Assembly (NCBI GenBank): GCA_021432655.1 | Contig: MU271244.1 | Location: 1 to 58,303 of the forward strand | Direction of reading: 5' to 3' | Length of the DNA: 58,303 nt | Source of the DNA: Atractiella rhizophila | Lineage: Eukaryota | Shown: positions 1 through 13,770 of the stretch, piece after piece | How the letters are laid out: each line of letters opens with the position of its first letter | Numbering within the stretch: position 1 is the stretch's first letter | Notes under the pieces: model-generated | Databases searched by the model: none | What the model was told of the DNA's origin: nothing | What the model saw: the letters and a program-made list of their open reading frames with translations, nothing else | Made by a program: the position numbers and the translations under genes

Positions 1-18
1 TACATCCCGTTAAATTGT

Positions 19-3000
19 GTGCCATTCCTGTCTGCCTGCCGGGATAAGCAATCAGCTTCAGAAATACTCACTGATTTTGGTATTGGATTGACAGACGCTT
101 CCATCCAATCCACTCGCTCTTACTCCCCCATGCCATTTCGCGCTTCTCCCGCCGTGTCCCGAACAAATTCACCAATTCCTCCGATCTCGCGGACCGACTC
201 TCCCTCCCTGTCGTCCCGTCAACATGGCGGGCACAACTTCCCACTCCCTCCTCTTCGCACACATACCGCACTCACGCCATCTTCATCGAATGTCTCTCGA
301 ACGCCGTCTCCCCTTCCTGCAAGAGGTTCCACACTTCCGCTGCCCGAGCGTGGGATGGGGAGGGACGCACCGGACGCGTGGCATCTAATATCCCCCGCCG
401 TCGCTCGACAACTCCCATTAGACCTCCCCAGCCCTCGATCCCGAAGCGGAACGCCGACTGGACCGCGATCTGTAACGCCTACGTTGCAAGTCGGTCTCTC
501 TCCGCGGCCACATCGCCCAAAGAGTCCCGCGCCATCAAACCTTGGAGGTTCGCCAGCCACGAAGGGGAAAGGATTGAAAATCGATCCTAATAGACCCTTG
601 AGGGCCCCTGTAGCCGATGTCCCATTCACCCCACCTTCCGCGCTCGAACCTGTCAGCCCGTCCATCTCGGCCGTTGGGAGTGCGAGGATGGGAAAGAGCT
701 TTTCGGACATGGGACTTTTGCTGGAAAGGGAGGAGAGGGGAAGTGTTGGAATGATCAAGAGCGCATCGGACATGGGTGTTGTGCCGGAGAGAGAACTGGA
801 TATGGAGGAGGACTCGCCCCTGGAGAGAGAGATAGTGAGGAGGGAAGATGAGGAAGAGAACGTTCCTCAGAAGCGCCGCATTAGCAAGAGTCTACCAGGT
901 GGGATGGCGTTCAACACACGAACGATGATGGTTGAACCGATGCCGACTACCCTCCCTTCAACTCGTCAAAATCCAGAACAACCAAAATACCAACCCCAAA
1001 TCTCCGTCAAAGCATCATTAAGGCGAAATGGACCTACTCAACCACCACCACAAGCGCCTGTCCCCCTTCCTCCACCACCCAAAAGTTCCACTTCTTCCCC
1101 CGCTGGTTCCTCCAACCGCTCACTTCAACCACGAATCACGATCCCTCTTATGCCCAACTCCTCATCTACTTCACCTGCCAGCTCTCTCAATCAATCTGAA
1201 CACCTACCTCCCGATTCGGCATCTACCGCAATGACGAGCAGTCCAAATCCTTCCCATCCTTCCCCTTCCCCGTCGATTCCCTCACTCGACGACGGGAAGT
1301 TTCCCATACGCAAACGCACATTGTCAGCGCCGAAACCACCGCCGGCTGGGCTGCCCCCTCCTCCTCCGGTGTCAGCATCAAAAAATGGTGCTACGCCTCC
1401 CATGTTTCCATCAACTATCCCAATGCACAACCAGAAACAGAAAAATAGGGAGAGTCAGGCGCCTATCGGATTGGGATTCGACCTCGCTAATTTGTTGAGC
1501 GGCATGGAGTCGGATTTCGGAGATGATTTGGCTGGGGACGTTAACTTGGGGGCTTTGGCGAATGAGAGTTTTAGGCAGCGGAGGAGCTATTTTCCAGACG
1601 AGTTTGAGTACAGAGAAGAGAGGGAGAAGGAGCGGAGTAATACGACGAGGGAGAGAGATGACGAAGGGATGGGGAGCTCGAGTTCAACGAATTCGAGTGA
1701 GAAGGACAGGGCGAAGAAAGGCAAGAAGAAGAAACAACGCGAAGAACAAATGATGGAGGATGATAGTCAGATTTTCGAGGGGCTGGAGGGATGGGATTGG
1801 GCACAAAAATTGGCTGGTCAGGCGCCGAGGAAGATGCATCGCATCGTCGAGGGGAATGAGGAGGAAGAACAACCAAAGCCTAGGTACACTTTAATCTTAC
1901 TATGCTGAAATGGTGTCTGATTGAGGTCGATGATAGAAGCCAGAAAGTGTTCAAGTCCCCGGAACCACCTCCTCCGCTTCCGACCCCAAATCTTGCAGCA
2001 AGAGAGATGGACAGTCCACAGCCAACTCTCATGGTATCATCTCCCTCCAACGATAGTGTCAAACCGTCGCAGACCACCGTCATCACTCCATTCACACGCG
2101 GCGGAAAGAGAGTGAGCGTCGTTCGCCCAAATCTCCCCGCAGACGGTCGTCGTCCATCCACGGCAGACTCACTCGATGAGAATGGCAACCCGAAAGGAAA
2201 GCTTAAAAACTTTATTCTCAAACCCACTCATGCTCCGCCCTCCCACTCAACAGCACCGTCTGCTCCTTTACCTGCTCCTCCCATCAGCGAAGAGGAACAT
2301 AACGCTCGCCGCAAATCGATCGAGACTGGGGAAATGCGACCTCTCCCTACTTCTGTGCCCATGAGTCCAGGAAATAGTCGGAATGGGACTAGCTCCACCT
2401 TCCGTACCGTGAAAGGTGACGCCGGTAGGATGGTCTCTCTCTCACCGTCCACACTTTCCATTCCAGTGTCCAATGTAAATGGAGACATGCCGAAGCCGCC
2501 TTCGCCTCCTCCTCCTGTCCCTGAACTTCCTCTAGATGTCAAGAACGACCGGGAGCGGATGCGAAAGGTCAAGCGGGCCTCGTTCCTTGCTCATATTCCC
2601 GGATCTCCAACCAAAACTGAGGCTACACCCTCCTTCAAAGAAGAGTTGTCAATGTCGGACCAGAGCTCGAAATACTTAAGCTCGAGGAAGAACTCAATGG
2701 CTAGCAGTACAACGAGGAAGAGGAATAGGAACGCTGCTCTTGAGGCTTTGGAGGGGAAGAATGACCCTGTCGCGGAGGAGACACCCTCAGAAGTAGATGT
2801 GAAAAGGACAGGACACGGAGAGATGGACTTCTTCGACTTTGAAGACGGAGGTGATGATGAGATTGGATCCCCTGACGATGATCCTGGAAGGCTTCCAAGC
2901 AGTTACGACTCGCCATCGTCAAAGCATGGTCGTCAGAGCTCACACTTCCAGGCCATCATTCAGGCGTATATGAATGGCGGCATTGCTCCAAAGATGTACT

Positions 3001-4005
3001 ATTACGACGAAGAGGAAGAACCTCAAGACCTTACCGAACGTCGTGGGAGACGCGCGATGGAGCAGAGGATCGAGAGCCAGGGAAAATATAAGGAGGCGGA
3101 ATACTTTCAACAGCGATCGAAGGGTGGCAAAAAGTTCAAACAAGATGTTGCATACAGTCTGACACCTTCAGAGTGAGTCCTTCTCTTTTCAAAAAAGCAT
3201 GCTCTGAATTCTTTTCAGTTCCATCTCCAATGTCGCTTCGGTAGCGAGCGGCTCCAGCGGGGGCAGCCGAAAACGTTCCAATACCCTCGACTATTCGTTG
3301 GATCCTCCATTATCTCGCTCTCCCCCTCCAGCCAATCATCGCTACCGAAGAGAAGAGAATTATTCGTACTCGATCATGGAAGAGGATGAAGACTTCTACA
3401 GTGCCCACTCTCGTCGTGAGAATACCAAACAACCAAAAATATCTTATCGAGATTCGTTAACACCTCCACATTCTCCAAAGGGGATCTCCAACGCACTTCG
3501 GTCGTACAATTCACAAGGCTCCTTGAGACCAACCCCCGAAAATCGCGCGCCATTTGACTACCACATCCGCACCTACACCCCTCAGAATCGTTACACACCA
3601 GACGATGACTCTCCTGGCTCTTCTACCAGCACCTTTTCCCTGACGAACCATCCCTATTCGGCTTTCGCTGCGAGCGTCGCTACTCATCGCTCCGCATCCA
3701 ACGACACCTTGCTTGAAATCCCTCCACGGAGGCAGTCACTCCTCAGCCCACCTAATCAAACTCCGAATCATTCACCCGGAAGTTCATTCAGCGGGTGGGC
3801 GGACCTTGGAAAGCAGTTTCCTGGCGTCCCAGGGGTGGTGGCGATAGTGGAACCCGAGTTGAGAGAGCCTTGGAAGGACGAGACACCTAAAAAAGCGAAG
3901 AGAGGATGGTTGAAGAGGAAGGAGCCTAACGATGACGCAAAATTCGCGGCCAGACCTCAGGGCAAATGGAATGCCAAAGCTGGCAACTTCTTGGATTGGG
4001 ATTGA
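19..4005 (+). CDS. Large Pro/Ser-rich low-complexity protein of unknown function (5' end uncertain, may begin upstream of the window)
   Basis: ORFs 19-1908, 1902-3176 and 3298-4005 join in frame through GT-AG introns 1884-1936 and 3173-3218 (second junction reads ...LTPSD-SISNVAS...). Stop TGA ends at 4005. No recognisable domain. Confidence 0.75.
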
Positions 4006-4616
4006 AGATTTGTTCCCTCGTTTCGTTTTAGTTTCATTTCCTTTCGATTTTCTCATTCCATCGTTTTTTTTTTCTCAACGCTCAACCAACTGTGAAACTG
4101 GATATTCTCTCTTCTTGAACTCCGGATACCCTTCGTAATGTGTCTCAATGAGAGTCAGTAGGAATCCATCGCATGGCTGCACTTCGTCCGTCTATGTAGA
4201 TACGTACCTGTTGGTTGATGTTCTTACTCCTCTTGGAATCACAGTTGTTGTTTTGGATTGCCCATCAGTGTTCCTCCTTTAACGTGCCTCAACTCGAGGA
4301 CCTATCACGAGTAACTAACAACTACAAAATCAATCCTGCGGCATATTAGAGGGACAGGACTGTAGCACACTTATTCCCCTGCCTTTAACAACACTCAAAG
4401 AGACTGCGCAGGATTATTGATAAATATTCCTTCCCGTTCCATTACAGGCTGACTCAAATTCAGCGGGCAGCAGGAGAAACAGTTCGGGTTCAGCTCTGCA
4501 CAACATGCAGATATCTGCACACGTATGCAACTAACGACGCCAATGTGCAAAGCATCTCCAAACAGGCAAACACTCTGTCGTGGAACATCCTTCCAGTTCA
4601 AGTCCTCAGCTGTGAC

Positions 4617-6843
4617 ATGTCATCGCTTCCTAGCAGGAAGAAGCAAATCTTGAAGGATATGCGCTAGTGCTGATAAATGGCGATTCTTACGCGGTTTGCT
4701 CGCCTTAGCTCTTTCTTCCGTCATCTAAGCTGAAGCACCAGTTCCATCCCAAATTTTTCGACAAGACGATTGAGGACTCCGGAGCTGTTGCGTCCCGCGA
4801 ATTACGTTCATGCCTCAGCATGTCACTTTCTCTCCCAGCCGTTGCAGGCTCATTGTTCAATATTTTGGCGACGAGATACCTGACTCACTGGTTGGAAAAG
4901 GAAGGAATAGACAAGGCTCCCGTCAAGAGGGTGAACCTCTTTGTTAGCACATTTGGAAAGGAGGTAGATGGGTTCAGCATGAATGAGGTGTAGGAAGGTC
5001 CTGAATCCATTTACAAACGAGTGAAACGTGTGCCTTTCCTCCCTAGTCAGCTTTAACTTCTTTCTGACCTCATGCGCACTGCTTGTGATGCTAGTGTGCA
5101 TTGAAACTCAAGCTCCTCATGACCTCTGTCGCGCCGTCCTTTTCATAGGCATGGACGAAGAGCGATATGCCCCTCTCCTCCAACGTGCAAAGGTGCTTGC
5201 CCAGCAAGTCCCGCTCTTCGCGATGTCTCGCACGCATGTCCCGGCATCGATACGATGCTTAAATCTACAAGTAGTGGACGGGAAAGGATGCGACGTGCTT
5301 CAGAAACCTCCTCCGGGAAGTACTGGTTCGTTGACAAATGATTACCCTTTAGGAAAGGAAGCGCGCGCTGACATAGTGGACAGGGACGGTCGAAAGTGTG
5401 CAAGATAAAGAGGACGAAACTGAGAGGCCAAAAAAGAAGAAGGTCTGCTCTTACCTTCCTTCTTATGGCGAGACTTATACATGAACTCAGCGTTGGAATG
5501 TGTCGAGAGATGGACAATTCGAACCACAAGCATCACAAGACATTCTTCAGATTATGAAGCTTTCAAATGTAGAGCCATCTCCTTCTGGTCGTAACTAAAT
5601 GGAGTCCACATAGCCAAGTACGACTCGCGTCCTCGGTGATAAAACCAAGTCTGCGTCAACGTCTATGGATGCTCCTTCTGTTCTGATATCATCAAACGAA
5701 TCTCTCGCTCAGCTTCAAGCAGAGTATATCCTGGTTTGTTGCTCGTGCCTGCACGCAGTCGCCAATTAAGTTGTCTGCTGCAGCCCGATGAAATTGAAGA
5801 ACCACGATGCCCCCTTTTGGCTCGAAAACTCGACGCTTCCTTTAAACCTGATATGAAAGTTCAGCTTGAAGATCTGGTGGGCAGCCGTCCCGTGCGAACA
5901 TGCCTCATCTCGTCTTGCGTTGAAATTGTGATAGGACGAGAAAAAGCCCTTCCTGGATCAATGTGTCAAATCGGGGGATGTTGACCGGCTTGACACGAGC
6001 TGTGAGAAAGTGGAAACCACCTCGCAGGTGCGAATCTTGAATCCATTCACTGGCTCCAATTAATAATTCGAGGTTCAAGGGAATGACAGGTTCCGGGAAA
6101 GACGCTGACGCTTCGACAACTCAAATCGACATCTCTAAGGTGCTTTATTTGGTTAATTGCTAATCTCCTGTCTAATTCTCTACAGCCATTGACCAGACAG
6201 AATCCACCATTGTGTCCCGAGTTCTATTACTTCGCTCGAGACCACAGCGGTGGTGAAGCTTGGTGTTCCAATCCCTCTTGCGGATACAGTCACAACTATA
6301 CTCTGACGGCCGATCAAAGGATCGATTTTTCGCAGCGATGGTCACACTTATGTTGGGAAAGTGACCAATCGTTGTCCCATGAATCTTCCTCGCCCAACGT
6401 TGATTCTCGATTCAGACAAGGTGCTGTTCTGCCACTGCCGTCTCTCTCGTCTTCAGTTTCTGACAGTTCAGCCATCTCAGCCATTTATTGCGCAAGACCC
6501 TCCCCTTTGTCATCGTCACTACTTCCTGAATCTCGTCGATGGCTCGATGACAGAGTGTGATAGAGTGCATCGAATCGAACGTGCGAGTCACGAGTACCAG
6601 CTGAACGAAGGACAGCGCGTCCTGTACAATCTACAGGCGTTGCACAGATCTTGTTTTCAAGGTGAAAGGATCATTTGCCCCGTTTTCCACCCAAAGAAAG
6701 GCGAACTCCATTCGTGTCCCTTTGGCTTAATCCATCTCAGTCAGGTGAGCGGCGATAGTTTATTCTTGAAGGACTGACTGAAGTTCATTTAGTTGACCAC
6801 AGAGGAGCGGGTGAGATACGAGGCAAGTCCGCTGTTTTCATAA
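4617..6843 (+). pseudogene. Degenerate paralog of the 9159-10943 gene (DUF7923-like N-terminal domain plus tandem CCCH-type zinc fingers)
   Basis: GYALVLINGDSY, PVKRVNLFVSTFG, HDLCRAVLF and PPLCPEFYY..C....C.YSH.Y.LT match the second copy. ATG 4617 is out of frame with the GYALVLING block, and there is an in-frame TAG at 4991-4993 (MNEV*EG vs MTEVPD). Confidence 0.7.
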
Positions 6844-7049
6844 TCACACTGATAACATTGAGAAATAGGCGCTGCAATCCGAATCGAAAAATGGCTGCCG
6901 TCGTTCGCGGGCGTCATGAAAAACTTATTTGTTCCTCCTGGCTGTGCTGTTAACAGAGCAGCCTATAGAAGGATGGCGCCATTAAAACCGTTCACTGTAG
7001 ATCTTTCGAAAATGCAAGGTAAACGTCATGCAGGATTCAATAGGAACCT

Positions 7050-8709
7050 TTAAGGCGAGGGGAGATTACTTGCATTTTTATATCTTTTCATTAAACTTAG
7101 AGGAATATATTCCCTGGTGCGACGATATTTCTTTGCAAACACCAAATTGATACCTTTCCCCCGGCAATACTTGACGAGAGCCGATCTCGTGGAACCCCAT
7201 TCCTCTGTGATGTGGCTCGAGCTGGCATAAGACTCTGAATCCAGTGTCATGGCTCTGATATGGCTAGTTTTCAGAGATGTCCTCCACACACCCCAATCGA
7301 GGCCTCTTCCTTTACATCCTTCTAAGCTAAACCGTTGTATTGGATGTCAGAATAGGACAGCAGAATCTTTCAATCTCATCCCCCCAAGTTTTAATGAGAT
7401 CAGCCCGCTGCACTTTCCAAGAAGGTCAAAAAAATTGTTCCAGGGGCTTTCAGACTCGTCATACGAGCAGTGAAGGGAGAGATCTTGAATGGTTGGCGAA
7501 ATTTCTTTGAGAATTGAACACATAAGCTCTATATTGCTGGTAAAGTCGCATTCAAAGATTTCAAGATGCGGGAAAGGTGCATCCGCCTCAAGGATATGTT
7601 TCAAAACCCCAAACAAAGAGGAGTTGTTGCCCACCAAGCGCAATGCCGTCAGTTGCGACAACGAAATTTTCGAGGGATCCAGGTCCATGTTGCTTTCTGC
7701 TCGCTTGAGATACACGTAGAAACCCCCTAAGTGCTTCATGGTAGGTGATCGCTCGCTGCTGTGTAAATACGTCGAGAGCAGAGTAAGATGCGTAACGCGT
7801 GGAAACGTCTCCTTCTCCAGTGCCCTCCAGAAATATTCCGAACCGTCATCCAACAAGTACAAAGTTTGAATTCGATTCTGCACAGGCTGCAGGACTCGAA
7901 AAATTTCTGACACAAGAGCAGAATTTTTAGGACCGGAAAGCTGAGTGATGGCGTTCCAATTCAAACTAAGAGTGGTGATGCGAGAGCACAATCCGACAAT
8001 TTTGATGAGTGCCGCGTCGTCAAAGAGGTTCCCAGGCACGGGTCGAATGGTCAGATGTCGAATGTCTTCAACCTGCACCGAACTAAGCATGCGTAAGAAA
8101 GACCAAATGGTTTGCCGGTCCCTGAGCGCAATGGGATCCACTGAGAGCTCGCGCAAAACCTGCTTTCAATAGTCAGGAAGTCCTCTATCATGTCAAACAA
8201 AAAGGTAGAGGCACTTACGATGGGAAAGAGCGCTTTGCAGATACAAAGCTAGCTGCTCATTTGTCTATCCGTCCTGATCCCTTCTACGTGCAAAGCTTCA
8301 TAAAAGATGGCTGACAAAATCTCATTCGGTAGTTGCAGAAAGCAATTGTTGCGATTGGTTAGGGCGTTTTTCCGTATCTTTTGGGGGGGACAAAATCTGT
8401 CTGCTGCGATTTAGGAGGAGAAACAATCTTCGAGCTGATTTCTTCTTTCGCAAGGAGCTTCAGCAAGGCGGCCTCTAAATCAAGACGACCTTTATCAGAA
8501 TCAAGGCCTTGAATCTTCCAAATTTTGACAAGAAACTCCATGGTTTGTTCTATGCTCTCGATACGCATCGTGTCTTGTTTGGAACCATCAAGACGAAGGA
8601 CGGAGCAGTTTTTTTGCAGCCAAAGCTTGAGATAGCCCGTCATGACATCCATGGAGTCGTCAATATTGCTCAAGTCAGGGAGTACAGGGAGTACGTCAGT
8701 GGTGTTCAT
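7050..8709 (-). pseudogene. F-box-like / LRR(RNI)-like protein, disrupted
   Basis: F-box-like CFLQLPNEILSAIFYEAL...LCICKALFPI at ~8345-8220, then LxxLxL repeats (ORF 7347-8156). Lesions: frameshift in the G7 run 8383-8389, in-frame TAG 8249-8251, in-frame TGA 7347-7349 with the frame continuing into ORF 7050-7289. Confidence 0.65.
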
Positions 8710-9158
8710 TGTCCGCACGACTTGGTCGAGGAAAAATTATTAGAGTGAGATGAGGAACGACGTCTTCTAAGATTGAACAATGAACAAACATTTATTTGAC
8801 TTGGAATGAGAGGTCCATCATGAGACTCACGATTGCACCACTACTGACACGCACACAAGATTCTGAGAAACTTAACTTCCAACGCCGAGAGTCTCGTCAC
8901 GTCGATAGATGTCTCCGAAGGAATCAGGAGTGCTGTTTCCGTTCACAGAGCGACTACAATGTATCACCTTTCCAATCCTAGATACGTGGCCCATGCAGAT
9001 GCCCTCGAATAGCAGGCAGACGAGACGTTCCTGAAATAAGGTTGCCGGTTGCCAGTAACACTTGGTGTTGTTGCTTTGATCCACTTGGATGCGTTCGCTC
9101 CACTATACGTCGACCTAGCTCTGTGATACGTCTCGACCTGACGTTCTAGGCTGCCCCT

Positions 9159-10943
9159 ATGTCACTCCTTCTGAATGAGGAACCAACGAAAGGGTACGCT
9201 TTGGTTCTAATAAACGGGGACTCATACATGGTAAGTGTCGTCTTCCGTGTTGACACTCTACCAATTGCGAGTCTACAGTTTTCGTCGAGTTTATTTAATA
9301 AAGGCATCGCAGATGCTGGAGCCGCTGCGTCAAAGGAAGTCGAGGGATGGCTCCAAAAATCAGCCAGCCTTCCACCAGTGGACCGTGTTCTTCTTCATAT
9401 TTTCTGGCGCCGCGGAAAGATTATTCGCTGGCTTGAGGAATTTGGAGTGAAGAAGCCGGTGAAAAGGATCGATCAATTTGTTTCAACCTTCGGGCGTGGC
9501 CAGCCTAGCTTCAGTATGACTGAGGTGCCGGATGAGGAGGAAGCTATCCTCAGAAGGGTGGAGAGTAAGTCCTCTCCTCAGAAGCGACTTGAGCAGTTGA
9601 ACCTAAGTCATTGGCAGTATGCGCTGAAACACACGCTTCCCACGATCTTTGCCGCGCTGTGGTTTTCGCCGGGATGGAAGAAGCCTCTTTCCTGCCCATT
9701 CTTCAGCGCTGCAAGCTTCTGGCACAGCAAGTTCGGCTGCTAACAATGTCAACGACACTTCCTCCTTCAATTCAACGTCTGAACTTCCCTCTCTTAGATT
9801 TGAGGGAAAGCGGGCTGTTCCAAAATGTGCATCCAGGTAGTGAGTGATGAAATGTTCTACCGTGCAGTAATATTGAATAATCTCAAGCCGACGAAAACGG
9901 CTCTGTGAGCGCCCATCGCTGTGGATACTAATCATATTTCTGACTTTCCACCCCATAGCGCGCTGAGCGCACTTTTTCAGTTGAGCAATCGTCTTTTTCT
10001 GAACCTGCTTCTGTGAGCAGAAGAACGACGTGGGCCGGCTCTTTACCGGTTCAAGAGCTGAAGCCTACTGGACTTATGGGGGTGTGTGCTTATTTCCCAA
10101 CTCCTCACTGCTGCTGACCTTGAAAATTCAGCCTGCCCCTCGATTCTCTGCTTCAGGTCTCGAAATGGACCCTGACTACGTCTGTATCCTGCTTTGCTCA
10201 CATGCCACTCTAAATCCACTCTTCAGCCGTTGACCGAACAAAGCCCACCACTCTGTCCCGAATTCTACTTCGACACATTTCTGCAGAAAGGTCGCTTTCG
10301 TTGTTCGAGGGTGGATTGTCGATTTTCGCACGATTACGTTCTCACGCCGCAGGAACGCGGCGCGTTCTCGAGGCTCTGGGGACATACAAAGTGCAAGGGA
10401 AAGGAGCATTGTCAGAATGAGCAACGCACACGGTGTCCGCTCAATCTTCCTCTGGCCATCGACCCAAAGAAAGTAGGTTTCTTTCCAGCGCTGATATTAC
10501 GCCGGACTGACGAGTCATACAGCCGTTAATTTTTCAAACACCTCTGTTGTGTCAAAAGTACTATCGCCTTAACGCGTCAACAAAATATTTTTCGACAAAT
10601 GCGCTGCCAGGCCATTGTGACAAGATCCACAACGACAGTGAACAACTCAGCCATTCGTACTACCTTACATTCGAGCAGCGTGTATCCTTCACCATCCAAC
10701 TCCTGCATTCGGACTGCATTAGCGGCGATCACGAAACGTGCCCAATAACCGCATCACTATTTGGACAGAAAGCGAAATGTCCATTTAACTTACCTGTGAA
10801 ACCCATGACAGTGAGATTTCTGTTCCGTCGATTCACTCGTATCCAGCTGACAGCTTTTATACCTGCAGAAGGCCATGAGGAAAAGAAAAGCTCGAGCTGA
10901 CGCTGGACTGCCCACCAAAAAATCGGTCAGGCTGTCCCTGTAG
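9159..10943 (+). CDS. DUF7923-like (NYN/PIN-fold-like) N-terminal domain plus two tandem CCCH-type zinc-finger repeats; multi-exon
   Basis: YALVLINGDSY resembles the fungal 'VLIDGDG' motif. Repeats PPLCPEFYF..RCSRVDCRFSHDYVLT...CPLNLP and LCQKYY..HC..H...SHSYYLT...CPFNLP. GT-AG introns join the ORF pieces; stop TAG at 10941-10943. Confidence 0.65.
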
Positions 10944-11608
10944 TCGTCGATCTGTTTCTGATCCTGTCAGCAGAAGAAAAAGAAAAAGTTAAATCACACT
11001 GGCAACACAGCCTCGAGCTCTGTACGTCAATTTTCTCGTTTACACCTTTGTCTCATGGTGACACAGGTCAAGGGAGGAATGAAGAAAGAGGAGGGTGACA
11101 GTTTCGCTAAATGACAGCTCGCAAGTCAGATGCGGCGTAGAATCAAGTAAATTAATACATTGTCAGTACTGTAGACAGCAAGCTTAAGGCATTGCCAAGA
11201 ACAATAATTTCCTGGTAGCGTTTCTCATTCCAGCGCACTTCATCAGCTTTTTTGGTATTTTGTCCAATGTTATTGTTAAACTCATTTCACCCATCGGCGA
11301 CCTTGAAGCTCGCCGACTTTGGAAGCCACATATTTGGGCACGGAGCAGGAGCCGTGAAGAGAGGACGTGGCAATAGACTGCTATTTCGCCCAGGACTTAT
11401 AAATCTGATAAGACACGAGACGCGCAACAAAGAAACGGATAGTGTACATACGGACAGCAGCGGGGTGAAACAAAAAAAAGAGGAAAGAATCGCTTTTGAA
11501 GAAAACGAGCAGCTCGAACCAGAAGAACAGGAGAAGAACGAAGATGGTTATGGCGCCAGCCGGACGAGTCGGAGACAAGAATAGGGCGAGAACAATGGCA
11601 TCCGATCC

Positions 11609-12654
11609 TCATACTCTCGCTCTTTTGGCCGCTTCGTCGCCTTCGACTCCCTCGTCCTCCCTCAGCCTCTTCGCTCCGATGCCTTTGAGTCGGCCCAACT
11701 CCTCCTCTCTCTCCTTCAATCTCTCCCTCAAGCCTCTCAACTGTCCTTCCCTCTCTTCGAGCGTTTTATTCAGTCGTTCGATCTCGCCATTCAGGTCTTT
11801 GACTGACTGTTCGTTGAGCATCTTCTCCAGAGTCCACTTCTCGATGTTCTGCGCTTCATTCTCTTTTAGTTGGAGGAGATATTGGACCGCTCGTTGGAGG
11901 ATGGAACCTTTGTTTTTGTCGCAGCCCGGAACAATCTTCTTCAACTCGTTGATCCCGTCATTTATGGTCTCTCGTCGCCGACGCTCGACCTCCTTCTGCT
12001 CTCCCAAATTAACAATCAACACTCCGACATCCCGTCACGGCTTGAAAGAGAGGACAAGCGACGAACGTGATTATCCTTCTTAAGCCTGCTCCACTCTTCG
12101 CTCCCCTTCACCAATCCCTGGTCATACTGCACACCTTCCTTCTTCTTCCTCCTTCCCCTCTTTGCTCCACCATTGCTACCCCCAGGGCCTACAGCAATGT
12201 CCTCGCCCTCCATCACAGCTTCCATATCCATGGGGAGGTGTGGTTCGTCTAACTCGTCTGCGCCGTCCTCGCCTCGATGCTGAGAGGACGGATGAGGACC
12301 TTTGACGCCGGGAAAGAAGGAGTAGGCGTCGGGATTACCCTGCGACGAGGGAAGGGTAGCTTGGATGGCATGGAGGAGGCCGTCGCGGTCGCCTTCTCCG
12401 TCCTCTTCGCCTTCATGACCGTTCGTCATCTACGCAAGCGGGCCCATCCCATCAAATGTCCGTTCCCTCGCTAAGCAGACAGAAGACGGGACGAAAGGAC
12501 GAACGGTGGCCAGCAAGTCGTCAATCATGTTCTCCTCCCTCCCATCACTCTTCCCGATCCCTCCCTCAACGCTCACGGACCCGTCTCTCAGTCTCGGGTC
12601 GACGGCGATGTTCATCCCCTCCGTCTCGATATTGTTCGACGTCGAATCGTTCAT
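11609..12654 (-). CDS. CBF1: bHLH-ZIP transcription factor, Cbf1 (centromere/promoter factor 1) type
   Basis: KGSEEWSRLKKDNH|KEVERRRRETINDGINELKKIVPGCDKNKGSILQRAVQYLLQLKENEAQNIEKWTLEKML is the Cbf1 signature. Two introns; ATG taken at 12654. Confidence 0.88.
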
Positions 12655-13671
12655 GCTGCCTCTCTTTGTTGTATTCCGTCTGTCGCTGAAACTTCGCACG
12701 TGCGCAGCTGAGGGGGCGAGTCGCGCGCAGGAGCAGTGCGGGCGTGTGTGGTGTTGGAGGGGCGAGGTGAAGAGGTCGCGAACGGTGGCGTACCAGTCAG
12801 GTGAGGGAGCGATGGTGGTCACGAGGAAGTTTGGGCAGGAACGTGATCGATTTTATCCCTCGGCGATCGTCGGCGATTGGGACAGACCCACAAAATTTTA
12901 TCATGATGGCGACGGAAATGGCTTCCATGATTTGCCTGGTCGTGCTTGTAAGGTTGGAGTTAACTGTTGTTGTCATTCGAATATTTAAAGCTGGAATGAG
13001 GAGACATTGTTTTTGGTGATGTCCGCTTTTAGAACTGTACAGTCTTCAGAAGGAGTGAAATGGTGCAGTTGTCAAAGTAGTGTTTATTTCATTGCATGAA
13101 ATTGCTCATGCGGACGTTGATAGCTAATGAGCCTTTGTTCTATCTGTGATTGTTCAAGCCATCTGTGCAAACGATTGGAAACAGATCAGTTCTTTGTCAT
13201 TGAGGAAGAGAGCAGAGTTATATATCAGTTCTAGACACTGCCGTACATTTTTGCGCGAGGGAGCCTTCGAGCTTAGCTGCCGATATATCTTCACACGAAT
13301 TGTTCAGCAGAACACCAAGGACAGTAGATCAAGCCGGCACCTCCTCAGTCCTCTTCCACTCACTCAGCTTGGTTAGAGAGGTAGTGAGCAGCCTCCACAA
13401 ACCAATCTCCACCCGCACCACCCGCGCCATCTGAGCACAGACTTCCATTCAATTGCTTATAAGCGGCAGCCGCCATCCTCCCTCGCGCGCCTTAGTCAGC
13501 CTTTCATCATTGACAGGCAACGGCGGCTGAGGAATCCCTTGTTGTTCATCTGTCGGCCCTTTCGCTTCGTCCCGGCTGGAGCGGTGGTGGCGCACAAGTT
13601 GGGGATGGATGACGCGATTGCTGACTATAGTTCTCCACCTCCTCCCCGCTTCCCACGGTAAAGGCAAATTG

Positions 13672-13679
13672 ATATAAAA
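13672..13679 (+). promoter_or_regulatory. TATA box candidate for the AsaB-like gene
   Basis: ATATAAAA about 95 nt upstream of ATG 13771. Confidence 0.45.
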
Positions 13680-13770
13680 GGCTCTCGCCGTTCGAGTGCT
13701 ACCACCATCATCCAAATTACTGTAACAAGTCATCACTCGTGCCAAAGAAAGTCCAGCAATCGATAGAAAT

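Noticed and set aside
219..2572. Long antisense ORFs over the Pro-rich gene (and similar ones over CBF1, gag-pol and SNU114)
   Set aside because: Shadow ORFs caused by codon bias of the real genes; no independent motifs.
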